Source: an uncultured Chloroflexia bacterium (lineage in GTDB: Bacteria > Chloroflexota > Limnocylindria > Limnocylindrales > CSP1-4). Taken from it: a stretch of 64,000 bases of DNA. Below the pieces are notes generated by a model. That model did not search any database. It was not told where the DNA came from and saw only the letters and a list, made by a program, of their open reading frames with translations. This document shows positions 30,370-40,288 of this stretch, in pieces (position 1 is the first letter of the stretch; each line of letters opens with the position of its first letter). Both the position numbers and the translations under genes were made by a program. Location of the stretch: contig CAVXPZ010000003.1 of assembly GCA_963763775.1 (NCBI GenBank), forward strand, positions 807,679-871,678, read 5' to 3'.

Positions 30370-31045
30370 CTAGACGGTCTTGCCGGGGAACAGGTACAGC
30401 AGCGAGAACAGGAAGATCCAGACGACGTCCACGAAGTGCCAGTACAGCGACGCCGCCTCGGCCGCGTCGTGGTGGCGGGCCGAGAACTGGCCCATCATCC
30501 CGCGATAGAGCACCACCGACAGCATGATCACGCCGCCGAAGACGTGCGCCCCGTGGAAGCCGGTCAACGTGAAGTAGGTCGTCCCGAAGGTCCCGGACGA
30601 GAGCGTGATCGCCCTCGTGGCCCAGCATCCAGTAGTCCAGGGCCTGCATCACGAGGAAGGTCCCGCCGAGGACGACGGTCACCGCGAACGAGCGGACGAA
30701 CCGGGTGTGGTCGTTGCGCCGGATCGCCCAGATGCCCCACTGGCAGGTGAACGAGCTGATGATCAGGAGGATCGTCGCCGGGAGGACGAGCGGGAGCATG
30801 TCCACGTGGTACTGCTCGGTCGACTCCGGCATGAGCGGCGGCCAGATCGCGACGTTGGCCCGAACGTTGAAGTAGGCGGCGAACAGGCCCGAGAAGAACA
30901 TCACCTCGGAAGTGATGAACAGCAGCATCCCCAGGACCGGGGCGCTGATCCCGCCACTGACGTCGTGGTCGAGGCCGCCGTAGCGCTCGTCGCCCTCGGG
31001 CGTCGCGTCCACGACGGGGATCATGGCGGTGGAGTCGGTCGTCAT
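30370..31045 (-). CDS. ctaE: cytochrome c oxidase subunit III (frameshift near 30610)
   Basis: GMLLFITSEVMFF, TILLIISSFT, TGFHGAHV, LYWHFVDVVW. Confidence 0.93.
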
Positions 31046-31055
31046 CGTCGTCGGC

Positions 31056-32693
31056 TCAGTGATCGGACACTGGCGCGATCGACGGATGTCGCGCGTCGAA
31101 GAGCGGCCGCTCGGACCGGATGTCCGGCAGGCGGTCGAAGTTGTAGGCGGGCGGCGGCGAGCTGGTCGCCCACTCGAGCGTGTTGCCCTCCCACGGGTCG
31201 TCGCCGGCGACCTTGCCGCTGCGCAGCGACAGGAAGATGTTCCAGAGGAACGGCAGCATCGAGAGGGCGATCATGAACCCGCCGATCGTGGCCAGGAGGT
31301 TCAGGTCGTTCCAGCCGGCCGTGGACGAGTAGTCCGCGATGCGTCGCGGCATGCCCGCGAGGCCGAGTTCGTGCATCGGGAAGAAGGTCATGTTGAACCC
31401 GATGAACATGATCACGAACTGCACCTTGCCGAGGGTCTCGTTCATCATCCGGCCGGTCATCTTGGGGAACCAGTAGTAGAAGCCGGCCATCACCCCGAAG
31501 ACCGATCCGCCGAAGAGCACGTAGTGGAGGTGCGCGACCACCCAGTACGTGTCATGCAGGGCGAAGTCGACCGGCACCGAGGCGCTGAACGCGCCGTTGA
31601 TGCCGCCGATGAGGAACATGCTCAGGAACCCGAGCGCGAACAGGAGCGGCGTCTTGAGCATCAGCTGGCCGCGCCACATCGTGAAGACCCAGTTGAACAT
31701 CTTCACGCCGGTCGGGACCGCGATCAGGAACGTCATGAGGCTGAAGAACGGCAGGTACACCGCGCCGGTGGTGAACATGTGGTGGGCCCACACGGAGAAG
31801 CCGAGGGCGCCGATCGCCGCGGTCGCGAAGATGAACGCCTTGTAGCCGAAGAGCGGCTTGCGGCTGAACACCGGCAGGATCTCGCTGATCATGCCCATCG
31901 CCGGCAGGATCATCACGTAGACCGCGGGGTGCGAGTAGAACCAGAAGACGTTCTGGTAAAGGATCGGGTCGCCCCCGACCCGCGGGTCGAAGAACGCGCC
32001 GCCGTAGTTCCGGTCGATGAACAGCATGATCAGGGCGCTCGTGATGACCGGCGTGGCCATCAGCACGAGGACCGAGGTGACGAGCACGGTCCAGACCATG
32101 ATCGGCATCCGGAACAGGGTCATCCCGGGGGCGCGCATCTTGAAGATCGTCACGAGGAAGTTGATCGCGCCCAGGATCGAGCTGGTCCCGATGAGGACCA
32201 ACGCCACGATCCAGAGGTCCTGCCCGGCACCGGTGGCCGCCAGCGCGTGATCCTCCGAGAGTGGCGCATAGCTGGTCCAGCCCGCCGCCGCCGTCCCGCC
32301 GGTGATGAACCCGCTCAGCAGCAGGATCCCGGCCAGTGGCAGCATCCAGAAGGACAGGGCGTTGATCCGTGGGAACGCCATGTCCGGGGCGCCGATCTGG
32401 AGTGGGACCACGTAGTTCCCGAAGCCCGCGAGCATCGGGATCACGAACAGGAAGATCATGAACGTGGCGTGCATCGTGAACGACTCGTTGTAGCCGAGCG
32501 GGGTCAGGATCTGCATCCCGGGGAAGGCCAGCTCGGACCTCACGGCCAGCGCCAGCACGCCGCCCACGAAGAAGAAGATGAACGAGTTGATGACGTACAG
32601 GATCCCGATCTTCTTGTGATCGGTCGTCGTCACCCAGTCGTACAGGCCACTCCGATACGTGGAGGCGGCCGGCGTCAACGTGGTCGTTGCCAT
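31056..32693 (-). CDS. ctaD: cytochrome c oxidase subunit I (A2-type)
   Basis: TDHKKIG, TMHA, GWTSYAPLS, YSHPAVY, WAHHMF, VAHLHY, GMPRR. Confidence 0.97.
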   Translation of the reverse strand: MATTTLTPAASTYRSGLYDWVTTTDHKKIGILYVINSFIFFFVGGVLALAVRSELAFPGMQILTPLGYNESFTMHATFMIFLFVIPMLAGFGNYVVPLQIGAPDMAFPRINALSFWMLPLAGILLLSGFITGGTAAAGWTSYAPLSEDHALAATGAGQDLWIVALVLIGTSSILGAINFLVTIFKMRAPGMTLFRMPIMVWTVLVTSVLVLMATPVITSALIMLFIDRNYGGAFFDPRVGGDPILYQNVFWFYSHPAVYVMILPAMGMISEILPVFSRKPLFGYKAFIFATAAIGALGFSVWAHHMFTTGAVYLPFFSLMTFLIAVPTGVKMFNWVFTMWRGQLMLKTPLLFALGFLSMFLIGGINGAFSASVPVDFALHDTYWVVAHLHYVLFGGSVFGVMAGFYYWFPKMTGRMMNETLGKVQFVIMFIGFNMTFFPMHELGLAGMPRRIADYSSTAGWNDLNLLATIGGFMIALSMLPFLWNIFLSLRSGKVAGDDPWEGNTLEWATSSPPPAYNFDRLPDIRSERPLFDARHPSIAPVSDH

Positions 32694-32703
32694 CGGGGCT
32701 CTC

Positions 32704-33886
32704 CTACTGGACCGTGAGAGTGCCGGTCATGTTCTGATGGACGAAGCACTCGAACGGGTACGTGCCCGCGGCCAGCGGACCCACCTGGTACGTCTCCGTC
32801 GCGACGCCCGGGAAGATCTTGCCCTCGAACACGACCTGCCCCCCGATGCTGTCCTTGAAGATCTTGATGTTGTGCGGCGTGCCCGCGTCCTGGTTGTCGA
32901 ACTTGATGGTGATCGGGCTGTTCGCCGGCGCCGAGAGCTCGGTCGTGGTGAAGGCGACGTTCTGGGCCGTCACGGCGAGCTCGGTGCCGGGGGCGGCCGG
33001 GGCGCCGCTCGGGGCCGGGCCACCGGACGGGGCGCCCGACGGGGCCGGGGGCGGGGTGGCGTTCGCCGGCCGCGACCTTGCCGGCGAGCCAGGCGTCGAA
33101 GTCGGCCTCGGTCATGGCGTGGACGTCGAAGAGCATGTCCTTGTGGCCGATCCCGCAGAGCTCGGCGCACTGGCCGCGGAACGTCTGTCCGGCCTGGTCG
33201 GCCGAGATGTTGAACGAGAACGCGTTGGTCCGGCCCGGGACCACGTCCCGCTTGAAGAGGAACTGCGGGACGTAGAACGCGTGGATGACGTCCGGGCTGT
33301 TCAGGTACAGCTGGATCGTGCGGCCGGCCGGGATGTGGAGCCCGCCCTCGTCACCGGTCGGCGCGTACTCGACGTAGAGCGGCGGCACGGGGTCCTTCGC
33401 CAGCGGATCGAAGGTCGGCGGCATGTAGTCGAATTCCCACTGGAACTGACCGGCGACCGCTCGGATCTTGGTCTCGGCGTTCGCGGTCACCGTGTCGACC
33501 TTGGCGAGCGTCTGCCACGAGATGATGAACAGGAAGACGACGATCAGCGTCGGGATCACGGTCCAGATGATCTCGGCGATCGAGTTGCCGTGCGTCTGGG
33601 GCGGGAGCTCCGTGTCGGTGGGCTTCCGCCGGTACGCGATGATCGTGAAGATCAGCAGGCCTTCGACGAGCAGGAAGATGGCCGCCGCGATCAGGAACAC
33701 GATGTTGTACAGCGAGCGAACGTCGGCGCCCTGGTCCGTGACCGCCTCGGGCGGGTAGAGCCCGGCGACGAACTTCGCCCCGATGCCCGTCACGTAGAGT
33801 GCCGCGACCGCGACGAACGCGACGACGAGCGCCACGATCCAGATCAAGCCCGGACGGGAGCGGCGCGCGCTGGGAGAGCTCGACAT
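32704..33886 (-). CDS. ctaC: cytochrome c oxidase subunit II with a C-terminal cupredoxin (frameshift near 33065)
   Basis: EIIWT, QFQW, DVIHAF, CuA motif CAELCGIGHKDM; after a Pro linker HNI...YPFECFVHQNM. Confidence 0.92.
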
Positions 33887-34065
33887 CCAGTGTCCTCGAC
33901 GGGGGCTGCTGGCGCCGTGACCGGGCGCCTCGCCGAATGTGGAGTTGGTCGCGTACGGGCCGTCCGCTGACGGACCGCGCCATGATACCCGGAGCGTCGC
34001 CGCGTCGTTCGGCGCCGCGTATCCGCGAGATCACCCGCGGGCGACGCCGGCGAGAGCGTGCGACG

Positions 34066-35103
34066 ATGCGCCCGATGCGTCGCCGATCGTTCGCCGCTCG
34101 CCTCAGCGCGACCGCCGCCGCGGCCGCCGTCTGGCTCCTGCTCGCGGCGCCGACGTCCGCCCACGGGTTCGCCCCGACGGAGTCGCCCACGCTCGGGAAC
34201 CTGCTCTTCGGCTGGATCATCGAGCCGCCGGTCCTGCTGGGGATCGTGGTCGCGCTGCTGTGGTGGCGCTGGGCCGTCCGACGCGTCGACGCGGCCCACC
34301 CGGCCAACCCGGTCCCGCGCCGCCGATCCGCGGCGTTCGTCGGGGCGATGGTCGCCCTGGCGTTCGCCCTCATGTCCGGGATCGACCGCTACGACACGAC
34401 CCTGTTCTCGATCCACATGATCCAGCACATCCTGCTGATGCTCGTGGTGGCGCCGCTCATCGCGCTCTCGGCGCCGGTGACCCTCATCCTGCGCGTCTCG
34501 TCATCGGAGACCCGGCACCGCTGGATCCTCCCGGTCCTGCATTCGCGGGCGTTCCGGTTCCTCGCGCATCCGCTCGTGGCGTCGATCGTGTTCGCGGTCG
34601 TGCTGTGGTCGGCGCACTTCAGCCCGCTGTTCGATGCGGCGCTCGAGAACCCGCTCCTCCACGAGTTCGAGCACGCCCTGTTCCTCGGGAGCGCGCTCCT
34701 GTTCTGGTGGCCGGCGGTCGCGCTGGATCCCGGTCCGTACCGGATGACCCACCCGGTTCGGATCCTCTACCTGTTCATGCAGATGACGATGAACACGTTC
34801 ATGGCCATGGTCATCCTCAACTCCGGCGACGTGCTGTACCCGCACTACGCGACCGTGATCCGGACGTGGGGACCGACCCCGCTCGAGGACCAGAAGCTGG
34901 CCGCCGGGTTCATGTGGATCGCGGGCGACCTCATCTTCATCGGGGCGATGCTCGCGGTCGTGGCCGGCTGGATCGCCTCCGAAGCGCGCGACGCGTCCCG
35001 GACGGACCGCAAGGCCGCCGTCGAGATCGCCGCGATCCGCGTCCGCGAGCAGCGGCTGGCGGAACGGCTCGCCGACGAGCGAGGCGAGTCCCGCCCGACC
35101 TGA
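34066..35103 (+). CDS. ctaG: Caa3-type cytochrome c oxidase assembly factor
   Basis: YDTTLFSIHMIQHILLM, WSAHFSPLFD, HEFEH, LFWWP, DQKLAAGFMW. Confidence 0.88.
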   Translation: MRPMRRRSFAARLSATAAAAAVWLLLAAPTSAHGFAPTESPTLGNLLFGWIIEPPVLLGIVVALLWWRWAVRRVDAAHPANPVPRRRSAAFVGAMVALAFALMSGIDRYDTTLFSIHMIQHILLMLVVAPLIALSAPVTLILRVSSSETRHRWILPVLHSRAFRFLAHPLVASIVFAVVLWSAHFSPLFDAALENPLLHEFEHALFLGSALLFWWPAVALDPGPYRMTHPVRILYLFMQMTMNTFMAMVILNSGDVLYPHYATVIRTWGPTPLEDQKLAAGFMWIAGDLIFIGAMLAVVAGWIASEARDASRTDRKAAVEIAAIRVREQRLAERLADERGESRPT

Positions 35104-35120
35104 CGGGCGTGCCGGGTGGA

Positions 35121-36163
35121 TCAGCGACCGGGGATCGGTGCCGCCAGGTACTCTCGATAGCGGTCCGGGTCCACATTGCCGCCGCTGACCACGGCCACGA
35201 CCGGCCCGTCGATGTCGAGGATCCCGGCTTCGCGACCTCGCCACACCATGGCGGCCACGGCCAGCGCTCCGGACGGTTCGGCGACGAGGCGGCTCTCCTC
35301 CGCGGCCAGCCGGACCCCGGCCGCGATCTCGGCCTCGCTGACGGTCACCACGCCGTCGAGGTACGCCCGGAGATGGGCGAACGTGCGGCGCCCGATCGCC
35401 TGCGACCGCGTCCCGTCGGCGATGGTCCGCGACACGAGGTCGGCCTCCCAGCGGACGACCTCCCCGCGCTCGAGCAATTCCTTCGCGTCGGCACCGAGCT
35501 CGGGCTCCACGCCGATCACGCGCGCGCTCGGGCGCAGGGCCTTCACGGCCGTCGCGATGCCGCTCGCGAGCCCGCCGCCCCCGATCGGGACGAGGACGGC
35601 ACCAAGGTCCGGCAGGTCCTCGACCAGCTCGAGGCCGATGGTGCCCTGACCCGCGATGATCCGATCGTCGTCGTACGGCGGGATGACCGTCAGGCCGCGC
35701 TCGGCGGCCATCGCGCGGGCGACCCGTTCGCGCTCCTCGCTGGCCGTGCCGACCACGACGACCTCGGCGCCGTCCGCGAGGACGCGTTCACGCTTGACGG
35801 CCGGCGCATCGGACGGCATGACGATGACCGCGTGGATCCCCAGGAGCCGCGCGGCGCGGGCGACCCCCTGGGCGTGATTGCCCGACGAGTACGTGATCAC
35901 GCCGGCTGTGCGCTCCGCCGCGTCGAGGGTGGCGATCGTCGCGTACGCCCCGCGCAGCTTGAACGCCCCGATCGGCTGGAGCGACTCCGCCTTCAGGAAC
36001 CGGCGGTCCGACAGCGGGCCGAACGGCACGAGCGGCGTCCTCGTCGCCACGCCGCGCAGGCGCTCGGCGGCGGCCCGGATCGCCTCGATCGTGACCAGCG
36101 GTGCGTCGTCCGCGCTGGCCGCCGAGCCCGGCCGTCGGTCGCGGAACGGCCGTCGGTCGTCAT
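35121..36163 (-). CDS. threonine/serine dehydratase, PLP-dependent (apparent frameshift near the 5' end)
   Basis: KAESLQPIGAFKLRGA, SSGNHAQG, AGQGT, PIGGGGL, SGGNVD. Confidence 0.92.
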
Positions 36164-36504
36164 CGCTCGCCCCGGTCGACCGCGCGCTGGCAGTCGATGC
36201 AGTACGCGGCCCACGGCAGGGCCTCGACGCGCGCTGCGGCGATCGGCTTCCCGCAGCGCAGGCAGGCGCCGAACGTGCCCGCGTCGAGCCGAGCCAGCGC
36301 GGCGTCGACGAGCGCCAGGTGCGACGTCGCGCGGTCGCGGAGGGCCAGGTCGCGCTGCTGCTCGAACACCTGCGTCGCGGCGGCCGCCTGCGACCCGTAG
36401 GTCATCTGCCCGGGCGCGATGATCGTCTCGTCGATGTCGGTGCGGAGGCGGGCGCGCTCGGCCATCAGGGCGTCACGGACGACGGTCGCGTCGAAGGTCT
36501 CCAC
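36160..36504 (-). CDS. TraR/DksA C4-type zinc finger protein
   Basis: ALARLDAGTFGACLRCG..I..ARVEALP.A.YCIDC. Confidence 0.9.
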   Translation of the reverse strand: METFDATVVRDALMAERARLRTDIDETIIAPGQMTYGSQAAAATQVFEQQRDLALRDRATSHLALVDAALARLDAGTFGACLRCGKPIAAARVEALPWAAYCIDCQRAVDRGER

Positions 36505-36598
36505 CCGCTGATGCTACGTCCGCCGAGCCCGGGCCGTGACGGCCGGTATACTCCTGGGGAGTACCCTCATGACGACCGACCCACACGAGGAGACGACC

Positions 36599-36769
36599 AT
36601 GGCGATCGAGATCGATCCCGTCTGCGGCATGGAGGTCGACACCGAGACCTCGGACCTCTCGTTCGAGTTCGACGGCACGACCTACTGGTTCTGCGGGCGG
36701 GGCTGTCTGCTCGAATTCAAGGACGACCCGAGCGCCTACCTGTCCTCGGACGCGCGACCCTCGATGTGA
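36599..36769 (+). CDS. YHS domain protein
   Basis: DPVCGMEV..YWFC..GC..F..DP..Y; GAGGAG RBS. Confidence 0.9.
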   Translation: MAIEIDPVCGMEVDTETSDLSFEFDGTTYWFCGRGCLLEFKDDPSAYLSSDARPSM

Positions 36770-36829
36770 CCTCCGCGGGCCGGTGATCGCGGCCCGTGCA
36801 TCGCGACGGGAACGGCCTACACTCGTCGT

Positions 36830-37300
36830 ATGCCGGTCTACGTCTTCTGGTTCGGAGCGGCACTCGCGCTCCTCGTGCTCGAGCTCGTCAGCACGACCTT
36901 CTTCTCGATCTTCCTCGCCGTCGGGGCGATCGCGGCCGGCCTCGTGGCGTTCTTCCTGCCGGACACCGCCCTGTGGGTCCAGGCCGTCATCGCGATCGCC
37001 GTGGCGTTGCTCGGGGTCGTCGTCGGCCGGCCGTTCCTGGCTCGACGTCTCCGATCGCATGGCGAGGGACCCGTCACGCCCGGGGTCCACGGCGGGTTCG
37101 TCGGCCAGCGCGCGTTGCCCACCGATGAGGTCGGCGGCGAGCTCCATCCCGGCCACGTCCGCCTCGCCGGCGAGACCTGGCTCGCCTATGCCGAGAACGG
37201 CACGCCGATCGCCGCCGGGATCCCGGTCGTCGTGACCGCCGTGCGCGGGACGACGCTCGTGGTCCGACCCGAGGTTGGGTCCGTCACTCCGGAGAGCTGA
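36830..37300 (+). CDS. NfeD-family membrane protein
   Basis: TM helices with LELV, GHVRLAGETWLA and V.GTTLVV OB-fold; upstream of the SPFH gene. Confidence 0.88.
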   Translation: MPVYVFWFGAALALLVLELVSTTFFSIFLAVGAIAAGLVAFFLPDTALWVQAVIAIAVALLGVVVGRPFLARRLRSHGEGPVTPGVHGGFVGQRALPTDEVGGELHPGHVRLAGETWLAYAENGTPIAAGIPVVVTAVRGTTLVVRPEVGSVTPES

Positions 37301-37302
37301 TC

Positions 37303-38241
37303 ATGGACACCACGCTCCTGCCGCTCGTGATCGCGTTCGTCATCGCGATCCTGTTCATCCTCTTCGCGTTCTACCTCCTGCGGAATACGGTCAACATCGT
37401 CCAGCAGGGCTTCGTCGGCGTGGTGCAACGGCTCGGCGAGTTCCGCGCCATCCACGAGCCGGGCCTGGTGATCATCGCGCCGTTCATCGACTCGCTCGTG
37501 CTCGTCGATATCCGCGAGTTCCCGCGGCCTGGCGACCGGCAGGAGGTCATCACCAAGGACAACGTCGTCGTCGCGGTCAACGCCACGATCTTCACGCAGG
37601 TCGTGGATGCGAAGCAGGCGCTGTTCGGCATCTCGAACTTCGACGTCGCCATCGATGCGCTCGCGCGGACGGCGCTCCGCTCCGTCATCGGCACCCTGTC
37701 GCTCGATCAGGCGCTGTCCGAGCGAGAGCGGATCAACGTCGACGTGCAGGAGCAGATGGAGGCGGTGACCGACAAGTGGGGGATCCGGATCAACCGGATC
37801 GAGATCGTCGAGATCACCCCGCCGCCGCAGATCCTCCAGGCGCTCGCGCTCCAGAAGCAGGCCGACCAGGAGAAGCGCGCGAAGATCCTGCAGTCCGAGG
37901 GGATCCAGCAGTCGGCGGTGAACGTGGCCGACGGCGACCGGCAGGCGGCCATCAAGCAGGCCGAGGGCGAGCGCCAGGCGGCGATCCTCCGCGCCGAGGG
38001 CAATCGCCAGGCCGCGATCCTCGAGGCCGAGGGGCGGGCGCAGGCCATCGCCACGGTCTACTCGGCGATCACGGCCCAGAACCCCGATCCGACGCTCGTC
38101 GCGATCCTCCAGCTCGACACGCTCTCGAAGTTCGCCTTGAGCCCGAACACCAAGATCGTCATCCCGGCGGAGTCCGCCGCGTTGATGGGTGCCGCCCAGG
38201 CGATCCAGTCCGTGCTCGCGCAGGTGCCGTCGGCGGAGTGA
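37303..38241 (+). CDS. SPFH/band 7 (QmcA-like) protein
   Basis: VVQRLGEF, PFID, QEVITKDNV, AEG-repeat coiled coil. Confidence 0.93.
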   Translation: MDTTLLPLVIAFVIAILFILFAFYLLRNTVNIVQQGFVGVVQRLGEFRAIHEPGLVIIAPFIDSLVLVDIREFPRPGDRQEVITKDNVVVAVNATIFTQVVDAKQALFGISNFDVAIDALARTALRSVIGTLSLDQALSERERINVDVQEQMEAVTDKWGIRINRIEIVEITPPPQILQALALQKQADQEKRAKILQSEGIQQSAVNVADGDRQAAIKQAEGERQAAILRAEGNRQAAILEAEGRAQAIATVYSAITAQNPDPTLVAILQLDTLSKFALSPNTKIVIPAESAALMGAAQAIQSVLAQVPSAE

Positions 38242-38393
38242 CCGCCCGGTGACCGCGCGGTGACCGCCGCGTAAGTCGCAGCTAAGCGCTGCCGGGGAGA
38301 CTGTCGGCCGGCGCTCCAGCGGACGGGCACTCCCGGATGGGGTCCGGCGCCGATCCATGGACCGGCCAGACCCGGTCCGGTCGGAGGTGCTTC

Positions 38394-38483
38394 ATGCGTG
38401 CACGGATCCTGCGCGGTTCCGCGATCCTCGTCCCGGCCCTGCTGGTCCTGGCCGCGGCCGGCTACAAGTGGGTGCCGGGCTGA
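38394..38483 (+). CDS. 29-aa hydrophobic peptide MRARILRGSAILVPALLVLAAAGYKWVPG
   Basis: GGAGGT RBS 5 nt before ATG; GC3-rich codons; fits in the intergenic gap, stopping 3 nt before the convergent gene. Confidence 0.6.
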   Translation: MRARILRGSAILVPALLVLAAAGYKWVPG

Positions 38484-38486
38484 CGA

Positions 38487-39293
38487 CTACGTCCGGGTGC
38501 CGGCCACCCCACCCGCGTCGGCGGTCAGCCGGGTGGCGAGGTAGACCGGGATCACCGACAGCATGATCGCCACCACGCCTGCGACGTTCACGAGCGGGAC
38601 CTGGTTCGCGAGGCGGAAGCTCTGGAAGATCCAGATCGGCAGCGTCTTCACGCCGCCGGCGGTGAAGATCGTGACGATCACCTCGTCGAACGAGAGCGCG
38701 AACGCCAGCAACGCCCCGGCGAGCAGCGCCGACCGGATCGACGGGAACGTCACGTACCGGAAGGTCTGGAAGGTGTGCGCGCCGAGGTCGGCGGACGCCT
38801 CCTCGAAGGAGCGGGACGTCCGCCGCAGGCGCGCGATGGCGTTGTTGTAGACGAGCACGACGCAGAACGTCGCGTGGCCGACGATCACGGTCAGGATGCC
38901 CAGGGGGACGCTGAGCGAGGCGAACGTCGTCGCGAGGGCCATGCCCGTGACGATGCCCGGCAGGGCGATCGGCAGCAGGATCACGAAGGAGATGCTCTCG
39001 CGGCCGAAGAAGTGATACCGGCTCACGGCGATCGAGATCAGCAGGCCGAGCAGCAGCGCGATCAGCGTGGCCCCCAGCGCGCAGGCGATCGAGGTGAGGA
39101 ACGCCTGCTGGAGACCCGTGTTCGTGGCCGCCTCGCCGAACCACTTGAGCGTGAAGCCCGACGGCGGCCAGGCGTTGGTGCCGCTCGCGTTGAAGGCGTA
39201 CAGGACCACGATCGTGAGCGGCAGGTAGATGAACGCGAGCACGAGGCCAGTCGCGATCCGGAGGCCGATGCGGCTGAGGCTCACGGTCTTCAC
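38487..39293 (-). CDS. potC: polyamine ABC transporter permease (PotC-like)
   Basis: FIYLPL..YAFN, GFTLKWF, EEASADLGA, LSFDE. Confidence 0.88.
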   Translation of the reverse strand: MKTVSLSRIGLRIATGLVLAFIYLPLTIVVLYAFNASGTNAWPPSGFTLKWFGEAATNTGLQQAFLTSIACALGATLIALLLGLLISIAVSRYHFFGRESISFVILLPIALPGIVTGMALATTFASLSVPLGILTVIVGHATFCVVLVYNNAIARLRRTSRSFEEASADLGAHTFQTFRYVTFPSIRSALLAGALLAFALSFDEVIVTIFTAGGVKTLPIWIFQSFRLANQVPLVNVAGVVAIMLSVIPVYLATRLTADAGGVAGTRT

Positions 39294-40213
39294 AGCGCGT
39301 CGAAGGCGCCGAACCGCCGGACGATGAACAGGTACAGCAGCATGATCGCGAGCGGCACGAGGGCGAACGCGGCCGCGAGCGGGAGGTTCTGCGCCACGTT
39401 GACGAAGATCACGTTGCCGATGAACTGCGTGGTCGAGACCAGGCCCGGGACGATGTAGTCGCCGAGGGTCAGCGAGAACGTGAAGATGGACCCGGCGGCG
39501 ACCGCCGGGATCGACAGCGGAAGGATCACCCGCCGGAACGTGATCCAGCCCCGTCCACCCAGGTCCGAGGACGCCTCGAGCAGCGACGAGGGGATCCGCT
39601 CGAGGCCCGCGTAGATCGGCAGGATCATGTACGGCAGCCACAGGTAGACGAAGACGAGCCATACGGCGACGTCGCCATAGCCCGGGCCGGTGAGGCCGAG
39701 CGGCTTGAGCAACCAATCGAGGACGCCCTGATCCGCGAGGATCAGACGCCACGAGTACGCCTTGATCAGGTAGCTCGCCCAGAGCGGCATCACGACCGCG
39801 ACGACCATGAGCCCGCGCGTCCGTCGCGAGGCGACCCTCGCCATGTAGTACGCGATGGGGAAGGCGATGACGATGCAGGTCGCCGTCACGAGCAGGGCCA
39901 TCCCGACGGTCCGCAGCGTGACGATGCGGTACACGTCGGTCGTGAACAGCTCGGTGAAGTTGTCGAGCGTGAACTCGCGGACCACCAGCGAGGTGAACGG
40001 GTCGCGCGACCAGAACGCGTTGAGGAACAGGACGAAGAGCGACCCGAGGTAGGCCACCACCAGCCACAGCAGCGGCAGCAGGAGGATCAGGCCGAGCCGC
40101 GTCCGCGGATGCCGGTGCATCCACGTCGCCATCCGTCGCCCGGGGGACGGGCGGCCTGGCGGCATTGACGCGGCAGGGCCTGGTGCGGCGGCGGGAGGCG
40201 AAGCGGCGGTCAT
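39290..40213 (-). CDS. potB: polyamine ABC transporter permease (PotB-like)
   Basis: FTLDNF, AFPIAY, LPYMILPIY, LLEASSDLG, LGDYI. Confidence 0.88.
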   Translation of the reverse strand: MTAASPPAAAPGPAASMPPGRPSPGRRMATWMHRHPRTRLGLILLLPLLWLVVAYLGSLFVLFLNAFWSRDPFTSLVVREFTLDNFTELFTTDVYRIVTLRTVGMALLVTATCIVIAFPIAYYMARVASRRTRGLMVVAVVMPLWASYLIKAYSWRLILADQGVLDWLLKPLGLTGPGYGDVAVWLVFVYLWLPYMILPIYAGLERIPSSLLEASSDLGGRGWITFRRVILPLSIPAVAAGSIFTFSLTLGDYIVPGLVSTTQFIGNVIFVNVAQNLPLAAAFALVPLAIMLLYLFIVRRFGAFDAL

Positions 40214-40288
40214 CGGTCCCTTGATGGGCCGGCCCGGTCCCCGCGGTGCGGGTCCCGGGCCGGTTCGCTCACTGAGGGTTCGGTCGGA

